DNA of 64,000 bases from Tubiluchus corallicola (taxonomy: Eukaryota > Animalia > Priapulida), in assembly GCA_030141605.1 (NCBI GenBank), contig JAQGDQ010000135.1, positions 310,001 to 374,000 on the forward strand. Reading direction: 5' to 3'. Each line of letters opens with the position of its first letter. Positions within the stretch are counted from its first letter, which is position 1. Both the position numbers and the translations under genes were made by a program. Under the pieces are notes generated by a model. That model saw nothing but the letters and a program-made list of their open reading frames with translations. It did not search any database and had not been told where the DNA came from. Below are positions 48,501 to 61,100 of the stretch, piece by piece.

Positions 48501-51500
48501 ATATAATAAGGTATAAGGCATTTTAGTTGAAATGTAAGCCCATAAGCTAAATAAGCATAATTACAAAAAAGCAACCCCCCTTTTGTTTGCGGCTTCATGT
48601 TTATATACGACGACAATCGTATGTTTAAATTACATAAAAGACTAATCAGAATTGCCGCTCGTGCACCGTACCTTGCACACATTGAACCACTTTTCCCCTT
48701 CAAAGAATTTCAATGATTAAAATTACTGGGTTTATTTCTAGTGAGAAAATTCAGGTTCTTTTTTAATTACAGCAATTCTCTACTTCCATATTATTTTACA
48801 ACCCTGAATGTTTCTAGGGGGCAAAATGTTAACGATTGTAACACCAGGAACAGAAACTTCCAGTTTTACATTCAGTTTTTGCTGAGCGTTCATTAAAATT
48901 TATAGCATTGTTAGTGATATACGACGGTGTTACCGACAAGGCTATTACTCATAGCTATTAGGCTTATAAAAATATAATTAACTGTTTGCATTAACATGTA
49001 CACCAATGTCAGCTTACAACTGCTGCGTGTCGTAACGTATGCGATTATATGGGACGTAGTGTAGCACACTGCTTCGCATTTATAAATTCGATTAGGTATT
49101 GGGTGCATCTTTGTCCGTGTAGCATTGCTTAACGCACCGATTATCCATTGCCTTTTTTTATAACCTACCCTTTTGTATTTTCTTTTCTTACGAGTTGACC
49201 TTATGGAAATGCGGCGGAATCGCCATGCTTAGTTTAATTTGTTATTAATTATTATTAGTTTCTTTGACACATATCTCTTTTTTCCACACGGATTATGCCT
49301 GTTCAGTTGTAACAAATAAAATAAACTTGAAACGTGTTTACTGTGTTCAGCATCAATGTTCATTATGCTAACATCTTGTAGTTAATTTCGGCATTATATA
49401 TAAGATTCGAGGCTACAGCTCTGTGGACGGCTCCATTTCTGGCGATCAAACGAAAGGTCTCGATGTAATGTCGTCTCATTGATGGTTTATTTTTGGAATC
49501 GGGACCACCGGGAGGAACCGGGAGCGAAATAAGATATTAATCTACTATTAGAGAAGTTATTTCCTATTAGAGGTTAGCGTAGAATACCCAAGCATACTAT
49601 GAAACTTTTCTTGAAAAAATAGTCAAAAAACTAAAATACTGGACGTATGACGGCCACTTAATAATTGCAGAGAGATGTAGCTGAGCCACTGTTAAAAAAA
49701 CTGTTAGTCGTGAACAGTACTTGATGGAGTAGCTAAATTTGGGAACAGATTTTAGGAAATTTGTGTAGATTTGATACACATGATACTGACTAAAATATCC
49801 AATCTGTCTTCCGTGTACAATGTGGTTTATTTGCGCACTATTGCCACTTATAGGTTACTACTATAGGCCTGATATTTTCAAATCAGTCGATCCGAAATCA
49901 TTATCCCGTTTTCCTGCTCTGCTTACTTAAAGACCGCTTCTCTCGATATAATAACAAACGAAATTTCTAGTACAACACATAAAGCAGACTACCTAGGATT
50001 AAAAATTGACCGAAAAACTCCTACACGTGAAATGTCGGTTTTGATTAGTTTCATTGAGGTTCTCACACGTCGAAACAGTGACGTCACTAAAGTGCAACCT
50101 AGTTATGTTGCGCTGCAATACTGTACTGAGGCTAATTTTTCAGGTAACTCTTTTGTTTCGGTTTTATGGTGACAAACAAACAAAGTCATCAAGTACTGCT
50201 TAGTATAATATTTTATTGTTCGTGCACCATCATCACAGCACATGCCCCTTCGTCATTTTACTTCACATTTGACATGCATTGAGACTCCATTTCCCAAAAT
50301 TATACATTTTATCTGGAATGAAATGCAAATTCTTTTAATAAACTAATTGATTTCTTATCAAAATGTCAATTACCATTAAGTGAAATTAATCCGAGACTTT
50401 CAGTATATAGCTAAATAAAATTAAAGAAAATATGCATACATCTTTGGCATCAAATCGTGAGTTACACAGAAAATTTGTCAATACGTCATCACTACTTTGA
50501 ACACATTGAAACTTGAATGACAGGTATTTAAAACTAGGTCGATAATATTGAAGCCAGATGTCACCACCTTGCAAAGAAGAACAGGTAAGTTAACTTAATC
50601 TAATCAAAACGCACATTTAACTATTATTAGTTATATTGTAAGGACAAACTATTTTGGTTATTTAATAAACAAAAATCCTTAACACGTTTCTATATTGCGA
50701 TGGTTCTGACCACAACAAAGCTATTGCATACTAGCAGCTATAAGTAGGCTAGGATGTATTGGTTCCGTGATCCCTCTCAGCACTTGTTCCGTAATCAGTC
50801 AGCATGATTAGGGCAGGAATGGAATGTTTTCATAAATTTCTACAATTGTTCTGTCCGTTTCAAGTTCGTCGTGCAAAAACTGGTTTTTAAAACGCGATCG
50901 AAGATCTCCTGACTACCGGAAGCAAAGGACGTGAACCGAGTTTCGACCACGACCCTTGACGGCGAGAATCCGGTGTCGCAACAACACTTTTCTAGCACTC
51001 ATAATGGAAGGTAGCTGCCTTCAGGTTAATAAACTGTCGGCTTTCAGGAATGAATTAGAGGAGATCATGGGAGCATCTGCCACATCGTATTGCACGTAAA
51101 AGATTTCTTTAGACTAATAACAGTGAAATTAGTTTAATTAATTAGTTTCAGTTTACTATGGATATGTGGCTTTTGCGGATTGCGTGCTGATTAGTATGAA
51201 AATTCAGAGTTCCACAAGGTTCTAATCTTGTTTGATTCCCAGTACAAGCTACAACAATAAGCTTACTAATAAGAGGCGTCCTTCACAGAGTACGGTCGGC
51301 TAGCAAAATCCGTTACAGTTACCGCTAACTTCTCATTACGACTTGGCATTCATTGATGTCGCTTAGTCTCAAATTATTGTAAAGTATCCATTAATTACTT
51401 TTTAGCGCATAACGTGCCACGCCGTCCTTGTCACGCATGCGCAATTGCACTGAAAGATCATAATAACATAACATGACATAACATTTATTAGTGCCAAAAA

Positions 51501-54500
51501 TAAATATAAAACAAGAAATACACACACTTTTTCAATTATGAAATATAGACACTACAAACAAATAATTATTGATAAAATAAATATATTCTAAAGTCGTTCC
51601 TATTAATTGTTTCAGTCGTTCAAATGAAAAGTTTAATTAGTGTTTAAAATACATTGTCACTCATCTGGCCTCATTTTCAATGATATGATTATTACAAAGT
51701 ATATTATTCGTAATATCTCAAAAACGCCTTTTCAACATCAATAGCCCAAACGCCTAGATTACTTCTAGAGATCACTACTTCCCATCATAGCAGGGTCACA
51801 ATTTGCTGAGTTATTCCTTAAAAATTTAAAGCAAGAAAGTTTTTGGTGTTTCCTTGTAATATTTGATCAGAAGAGTAACATAACCAAAATAGACCGAAAT
51901 TTGAGCACCCGAAACGGTTCAATTATGACGTCAAAAAGATGGCCACCATTTGAGCAAAGTGAATTGATATTTAATCTTCCAGAACGGTGAAATAAAACGC
52001 CCTTTTTGACTTCAAAAGCACAAAACTTTGCACAGTGCTTGTGTTCATTATGGTGATTAATTTTCGTTATGGAGTCAATCGAAATTCGTCCAGTATGGCA
52101 GCAGTTTTGGAGATGACCGACAATATAGCTATTGCTAGCTCGTACATCTTAGGTATCAATGCAGACCGGATAATGATTTTGGTGTCTAAATATAGCTTTT
52201 CAAAGTCAAGGAATCCATGTCTGATGCTTAAATGCTACTATAATCTCGCCCCATTTCAAAATGTTGCACAAAATGACGGAATGGCATATTTTAGTTTTAA
52301 AGAACGAAACTTTGCACAGCGTTAGAACCCATCCGGTTATTAATACCGTAATACTGAACAATAAAATGTTCAGTATATAGTCCTTCATAACCCACCGATT
52401 TGTGACATTTTACATCCGCTATAGCATGAATGAGATGTATCATTAACATTTTTAACATTGACATTAAAATCAAGATTAGAATTAACATCTTCATTTACAT
52501 ATGAATTACGCCGACTATCATTTAGCAAGTTAGTAAATGATTCTGTCCACATAATACAAATGTTTATTTCATCTCTAGTATTACAAATTTTTGTGGGCAA
52601 TGAAACTTTCACTTTGTTCATATTTTACTCTTTTCCAAAATTTATCACTATTGGTAGAAATTGACAATTCAGAAACAAGTTTATCACTCTAGATTTACAA
52701 TGTTTTAGTGCGTACTTAAAGCAAGCATGAGCCCTTTTCGTTTGATCAAAAATATGGGACGATGCCTTGGATAATGATGACTTTCCACAAAAGATACAGA
52801 ACATAAAGAAAGTTATAATTTTCTTTGACCATGATATTTCAACTAGGAACGATCTGATGTTTGCTGCTATTGGTCCCCCCCTCCCGTTTTTGCATTCGTT
52901 CTGGTTTGCATTCGTTTACAATTAATGTTAATTTGAGTTGCATTATTAAGAACATTTATAATTATTCTACAAAATTCATTAATGAGATTCATTATTAACG
53001 TCTTGGACGTCAAGTCGAAGCTGCAGTCTGTCTCTGTCACTGAGAGGTGCAGTCAATGACAACACAAGCGATTTGATTTCAATGTAGCTATGGACACTAC
53101 CACACATTACTCATGTACTCGTCTACGTAAGCACTAATTGGTTTAACTTCCAATCAATTCGAATGACTCCAACGTCTCTAGCTTGTTTTTACAACATTTT
53201 TGTTAGGCATGGTATGTTGCATACATTCATGATTCTTGATCGATATGAGACGGTTGATGTCGATGTACTTTGCCACCGAATCGTGAAAAAATCTAACCGT
53301 GTTAAGATTGGCTCTCATCATGGGCTGTCTTAGATAGCTGCAGCTGGGTCCATTTGCATTAGCATCTGTGGAGCTCATATCGTTGCTCACCGAATTGTTA
53401 TTCTTCTCTTTTAAAGTCAAATTAAAGCCTCACTATAATATAAGTTTTTACAACATAAAAGCTTACTCTCATTACGAATATTCTATTTATTTTATTATAA
53501 ATTTTCTGTAATACTCGTTTCTTTTGATTTTTTTATCACTTCACTGTTATCGGTATTACATTTGAAGAACCGCCATTTTTCGTTGCTTGAGACAAATATG
53601 ACATGAGTACAGTCACGAGGTCACCGAAGTCGGTAAACAAACATCAAAAGCCAAAGACGCTTTCTGTACCTCGTACGTCATTCTCGCTCACTCGCGCCAA
53701 AGACGCGAAACAAGGCGATCTTTACGGCATTCGAAATTCGCCAGAAAATGGTAAGTTATTTAATTTATAAGTTTCTTTTGTTTACTAATAACTATGAATT
53801 CTTTGTGTAATCATAATAATGAGTTAAAAAACGTCAATGTCTGTTGGGGTTATACAGACCTTTAAGTCCCGAATTTTAGTTTTTTTGCGTGTCGATTGTA
53901 AGCCACTCTACCTAGCGATACACTTTTCAAAGTGTTCACATGCTTTCTGAACCTTTCATTTTCGGCAGTCAGTTGCTCCAGCTTTCTTGGTACATCTTTA
54001 GTTGTTACTTGTGGGCTATCGTGACATTTTTGAAATCTACTTGTAGTCTGCTAACTCACTTCGGTGTGTACGCTAATTCTTACGTAATATGTCATGCAAT
54101 TTTGCATTTTTTATGTCGACTTATTAATTGTTGCGAAGTGAATGACACGTATTGAAATGTATAAATGATGTAATATCAGTATTGCATGTATAGATTTACC
54201 CTTGTGTTCTTTATAAAAATATTTTAAATAGTACCTTGTAGGCACAATACTGTTTTTAATGCTGTAACCGTGAGCAGAAAATGTGCGCAAAGTGACATTT
54301 GGACTATAATCACTAATGTGCCGTATGTAACATTGTTCATGGTATATTTATAATTTGATTTGGTCAATAAACTACATACAAGCATGATAGTAAGCTGTAT
54401 CGATTCTTGTACATAGTGTCCGAATCTTGGCAACTATTCTCACTGCTCTGTTTTTCGTCTTTCTTACTTTCCAACAAGCTTTCAGTTTAGTAAACAAATT

Positions 54501-55096
54501 ATTTGGTTGTATGTAGCTCTCAACGTATCTTGTTTGTGTTATCTTTCTGGTTCGAAAGCTCCTCTTTCAATTGTGTAATCCTTTTAGCTGTTATTAGATG
54601 CGCATTTTCCAATACACTTAATCTATCTGATAAAGCTTCAGATATCTGCTTGTCATGTGAACAGTGCAAAACCGGGTTGCTTCCTACACTGGTTACTAGT
54701 TGTGCGCAGTGTGTACTCGCGTTGATCACTCTGTGTGCTGTGCACTCAAGCTCATCACAAACTTGATTATTCAGTGAGCTGTGTACGTCAAGGCCATCTT
54801 TTTGGTCACATGATTTATCTGACAGGTATTTTAACAAAAGTTTGGCTCTTCATCGCCACTTACAATACCACCTGCAGCTTCTGAATTCGCGAAATCTAGA
54901 TTATTATCGCGAGCTGTTAATACCTACTCCATTAAAATTTAACGCATTTTTTCTGCACCACGTCCAATATCCATTGCCCGTAATAATGTATGTATGTATG
55001 TATGTATGTATGTATGTATGTATGTATGTATGTATGTATGTATGTATGTATGTATGTATGTATGTATGTACGTACGTACGTATGTATGTATGTATG

Positions 55097-55127
<31 letters not shown>

Positions 55128-58100
55128 TTTATTGACCAACAAAATTATAATAAGATTAGGAATTGCAGGGTAGGTGTAAGAAATTGGTCCATAACAAGAC
55201 ATGTTCCTTACTGCTACATCAGTGACGTCACTAAAATACAAAGTAGGTGCATGTTAAAAAAACTTTTGGCAAAATCAGATGCAAGGAGTATTTACAGGCA
55301 ACAGTATTACACAACAGTAATGCAAAATAGTTTTCTTATATCTAACTATACATAGGCATTCAGGGAAATATTAACAGACATTTATGTACATATTCAACTT
55401 CTTTACAAGTATCATTATGTGCAAACATTGATGTCAGCTATGACGTTCGATGTCAGAATATCGTCGTACCAGTCTAAGGTGAGCGGTTATAGGACACGTG
55501 CAGAATACGTGCTTCTCGTCTTGTGCCTCATCAGTCAGTGGGTAACTACATGTTATAGATCCTTCTAAATATCTCCATCCCTCCGTCTCAATGTGTAGCT
55601 GATGGCTGATACGCGGCTCTTGTCCAAAAGAATCTTTCAGATTCTGTGTTTGTTGTCATGCGCAAAGTACCCACTCATCATTTTCATGGCAGCAATACGA
55701 ATGAGTTTTTAGATATTTTAAAGTTATGTATTGGTCCAATGCTTGATGTGCTATGATTATTGGACTCACACTCAACGCTTAATTGACGTCAAACATATTA
55801 GTCTGTCACTCCGCCCCCGCTGCAACTTAAGCGCACTCAGCAGCATTCGGGACAACAGCTCCCGCAGGACAACAACTGTCTAAGCTAAGCTAAATTAAAC
55901 TAAACTAAACTAAACAACATGTTAGTCATAACTAATGTCTAATCAGCAAATAGACTGATTGCTCTTTTTCATAAACACAAATTTGCAGAACAGCAGCTAT
56001 TTTAACACGAAATTAACATTTCAAGTAGCCAAAAAATGACTTTTCAATTTAAACAGGATACAGAGACGAAGTTTCAAAGCACTACAAAATACAGAGACGT
56101 AACTATAATAAAGAAACTAAGCCAGTTAGCCGTGCTTTACAATAAATGAGCAACAAAAATATTTTAAGTCTCTCTAGCCTAAAAACATACGAACATCAAG
56201 CCTGCGATGTATTTTTCTATATTAATTGATCATGTGCTTCTCTGCAAGATTTATTAAGTTTTTGTATTTTTCTGTTTGTCAGGTTACGGAATAAAATCGT
56301 TGTTTTTATCTAACTTGCAAATCCATAAAACTAAACTGCGTATTTTCTTGATGGTAAAATGGTTTAATCAGCAACTCATAGACACGTAAGCATTTCTTCC
56401 TATAAACGAAACTAGACTATATATTTCCATTAATTCATATGCAATTTCAATTGACAATAGTAAAATATAGAACCAGGCTAATATTTCTCTCGCTAACTAA
56501 TGAAAAGTTGAGCATTTTTCACAACAGTGTTAGACGGAGCTGTAGTTAAATGTCCCGAACGTACCTGCTGCAGGGGTGTGTGAAATAACTTGCACGCTGA
56601 TCGGGCAGTCAACGAAAATGATTGACATTATGTTAGACGTCAATTCAGTAAGCTTTACTGCAGAGGCAATTTCATTAATTTTACTAAATCTGCTAAAACT
56701 AATGGCGTCTCTGGGTTATATGTTTGAATTTGAGCAATTTTTCCGGAGACAAATAATTAGTCTTGCCAAATTGATGACAGGAAAGAAAATGACAGAAAAA
56801 TTAAGAAGCTAAAAGGCACGTGACAGTATAATAGATTTTTAGAAGTCTGTGTAATTTATAAAAATTTTGTTTGGATAGTATTCGCTCCAGAAGCCGTGTC
56901 GGCCGAAAATGTAATAATTTAAACCTACGTGATCTTAGAAATCAATGCAGGCGTTTAGCAAACGTGAGAATATTAATGTAGTATAATATTCATTTTATAT
57001 ATTTTTATTTTATTTTACATTCATTAAAAATATATTTTAAAAAACTACAAAACAATGAAAACATGAATGTGGGCAGAGCTACTTACATACGCTTATCGTG
57101 CACAAGCCTTCTATCAAAATTTAAAAACTTAAATCTATTTTTGAAAAGTTTAGAATTGCTTACAGTGAACAAAGGTGTGTCGTTTACCAAGTTGGTAGGG
57201 AATTCCACACTTGAAGAACACGGTTGGAGAAGAAAAACCCAAAACCCATTCTCATTCGTTCTACGAACATACAGCTTGAGATGATGACTACATTATGTCC
57301 TGTCAGTGAGTGCTCTTGTAAATAATATTTTGGGTCTAAATCAACACCCCTATGAATTATTTTGTAACACATGACCAAACTGTTTAGTAATCGTCTTTCC
57401 TCTAGCGATATTAAATGGAGGGTTTTGAGTCTTTCTGGATAGGTTTCATACATGAGTACTGAATTACATCTATATAGTGTAATCGCACTGTAAAATATCT
57501 TTGTACTTTTTCAACAATATCTACAGCCCTATGTAATAACGGGCCCCATATAGGGGAGCAATATTCAAGTATAAAACTCGGTATAATTTCCCGATTTTCA
57601 CGATATTTTTTTTGAAAATCATTGCTTCGCTAAATTAAACATATGTAGTAATGTAATATATATCTTATAACAACTAAAACCAGTCACTTTGCACTTTCTG
57701 GTTTTTCACTTTAATCCAGTATTTTAGATGAAGTGTTTTAAACGAACGGAGTTGGAATGTTAGAATCTAACTATAACAAAATGATAAAACGGTTGGAAAT
57801 AAATCAAAAGCACTAAAACTATAATTCGACATTGGTACAAGTAAAATCAAGTCCGAAAATCAAATAAAAATCTTGGGACTCACTATAGATGATCTATTAA
57901 AGTTCGATACCCACATCTCACATATTTGCAAAAAAGCATCAAAACAAATAAATGTCCTTAAACGAAATGGGAGATTCCTAACTTTAAGTAGAGGAATTGC
58001 ACTACATCATTCTTTCGTACTATCAAACTTTAATTACTGTCCACTTGTTTGGCATTTTAGCAGTCATGCAGTAGCGAAAAAATTCAAGAAAGGGCATTGA

Positions 58101-61100
58101 GTTTTACGTACAGTGATTATGGCTCAAGTTACGAAACCCTGTTAAACAAATCAAAAATGCCTTCTTTGAGCATAAGATGCATAAGAACATTATCCTTAGA
58201 AACTTTTAAAATTCTAAACAAAGAAGGTCCTAGCTACTTACATGACCTCATAGCAATCAAAGAGTCTGGGTACTCTTTCCGATATGATAAAATTGTAAAT
58301 GTACCACGGGTCTAATCTATAAAATACGGTTTAAACTCTTTCCGATATTCTGCTGCAGTTTTGTAGAAAAAATTGCCAAATCATATACGGAATGCACCTA
58401 ACTATGGTATGTTTCAAAAGATGATAAACTTGTGGAAAGCCGACGAACGTAAAGGTACAGCATGTCGCACAAATGGATGTTTTATGTTTTCTTATTAAAT
58501 TGTACTTTTAAACTATAAGCTGCTTTTTATTTTAGATGTATAATCGTAAAGTTTTTTTTACCACTTAAGCACTATTTTATTTCAGTAGATTAGTTTTGTT
58601 ATATGAGTCGGCTTAATAGCTCTTAGGAGCTAGTGCTTTTATATTTATGTAAAACCCGACTTTAAATAAAGTTTGATTTGATTTGATTTGATCACAGTAC
58701 TATATTCATTGACCGCTTAGCGTGTTTTATGAGGAATTGACCTAGAATGCGTTGTTTAGTATAGAGAACAAAGACTTAATAATATAAATATTCAATATCG
58801 TTGTGCGTATGCGCAGACTTAAAATTACTCTGGGTTGCCAAAGTGTACTATGCATACTTTGAAGCTTGTTCACATAAATATTTCGATATAATTCTAATTT
58901 TTGTAACTTTAATGTCATTAAATGCACACTAATATTATGGTTATTATTGGGTAAGCGTGTAATACTTTGTTATCATCATCGTCATCATCATCATCATCGT
59001 CGTCGTCTCATCGTTATGTCATTTAGTACAGTTTCGCTGTTGTGCTGTTTACGAAAACCAGATTGACCCCAGACTGAAGTTTGTTGAAGTCATTGTACCA
59101 AGTCAGTTCACCGGTAACTAGACTTGTGGTTAATTACTAGCTGTTAATTAGCGCGTTCATTACCTACTAGCCAAATTCCGCAAAAGCAAGTTGCGCTTAA
59201 TCAATAATGTGCGAATATCAATACCAATAAAATATCTAATAACAGAGCGTTATTGTCTGTTAATTGTTTACATGTTAACATGGGTTTCTCAACAAAAGTT
59301 TGACAAAACATCACTTTGATTTTTTTGTGTGCAAAGTGCACAATGAAGTGACATTTCGTGACATTACGATCGAATCGCGCATGCGACTCATTAGACTCAT
59401 TAAGTAACGTTCAACTCTTCATAATTAACGGAAAGACTTATTTGAAAGATTTATAAAAGGATTACATTGATTATTACCTTCCAGTTTTGCATTTCCGCAT
59501 CTTAGAACGTGAACCAAACATGTCATCAGTACATTAAAGCCTTATTTCGTCATCAGGATTAACCTGTAACTAGGGTGATTGAACTAGCAAGTGTCGACAT
59601 TCGAACCACTGACTTAATCTATGAGATGAGGTGAAAAACGTAAACTCTTGTGAAATTTCTGTCATTCGTGTTTCGCATTTTCTTCTGACCATGATAGGGC
59701 GCAGTTCTCCGAAACTTAAAGGCCCAAAAACAATATTTCGTAGTGCTTCATAAAACGACGATAGCACGTGTTTTTAGGTTGTTTCTCTTCGTGCGATTTC
59801 AGTTTTTCTCATTCGTACAACTTTTTCACTAAATAGGCACGCATGTGAAAACAGCATACCTCCAACCAAGCAGACCTAGACTGGCAGATTTTACGAATAT
59901 TGTCAAAATTTATCATTTTGAATTTTGACAAAATATTGCATGTATATATGGAGAAACGGCTACGGAGTAATATAACGAATTCAAAGTATGACTTATACAG
60001 GGTGTTCAAAAAGAAGCAGTACAGTGGAATAATATTTTATGCTGAATTATGCTGATGAAATCACAAAGACTCGAAACGCGATTTAGTGTTCAGGCATATA
60101 AGAATAGTAAGTGGTTCTGCTTTTTACAAAATCTTGCTATATAACCTGACACTGAACTCCATTTCTTTGTGATTTGATCAGTATAGCTCGTCAAAGCAAT
60201 AAAGAGGTAATTAATCACAACAGGATATTATCAGTATTCACGATACGTCGGATAGGATACCACTATGCATTTTATAATTTAAACGCAACAAACACAAAAT
60301 AAACAAATTACATTACACAGTAACATGGAATAAAAGAATAGTTGCTATGACAGACCGAAAAGATGCTTAATTACCTGTCAGCTAGACAACTGTCTGTATC
60401 CTACATGCACTGAAATACAGTCGTTACCTGAGTTGTATTGCATTGGTTGCAAATGTCTCCTACAATGTACGTCTATGCTAATTTTGTTACCTATATAAAT
60501 TTTTTGCTGAAATTTGCCAAATCTACATTACGGTTTAAATCAACAGTATAGTCTACCGCTTTACAGTCCGATGAGTAATTAAATATATTTTTTGAATGTA
60601 TTAAACCTAATTTCCAAAGACCAAGCTTCACCAATACTCCCAAGGCCAATTAAAACACTTCAAATTTAAAAATTGAGAGTTAATTTAAAACGGCTTTGTA
60701 TTGCAGTTAACTTAAACCAAGTAATAAGTACCCCTTTGCTTTACAATAGCAACCAATTACATTCTGAAATTCGATGTGATTAATTTTATGTAATCCAATG
60801 AAGGGAGCAGTTTTCCGAATTAACAAATATTGTTGTGATTAACTACCTCTTTATTTTTATGATCAATACACAACACCACTCATCAGTCTTCATAGTTCAG
60901 CGTACCAGCATTATTCTACTGCACTATTTCTTTTGAAACACCCTGTACAAGAGAAAAGGATTTCTAATGCCAGTCTTCTGTTCTTGTTTAGGCTCGGGAC
61001 ATGCAGCATGACAATCTGGCGCTGTTTGTTGGTGCTTGCATAGATGCACCAAATGTTGCTATCCTAACCGAATACTGTCCCAAGGGAAGTTTGCAGGTAA

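Noticed and set aside
54520-54837. 105-aa ORF with a coiled-coil-like end as a nested gene
   Set aside because: Non-ATG start, no recognisable domain, flanked by retroelement debris; more likely a LINE ORF1 remnant.
56057-56098. Possible 42-nt in-frame cassette exon ([14 protein letters not shown])
   Set aside because: Weak splice sites, and it would interrupt the conserved LLEIKR|ARDMQHDN segment of the kinase-homology domain; exons 8 and 9 already join cleanly.
60052-60082. CTGATGA...GAAACGCG hammerhead-like string
   Set aside because: Stem II does not pair well and the segment is one arm of an internal inverted repeat of the Tc1-like element; probably coincidental.
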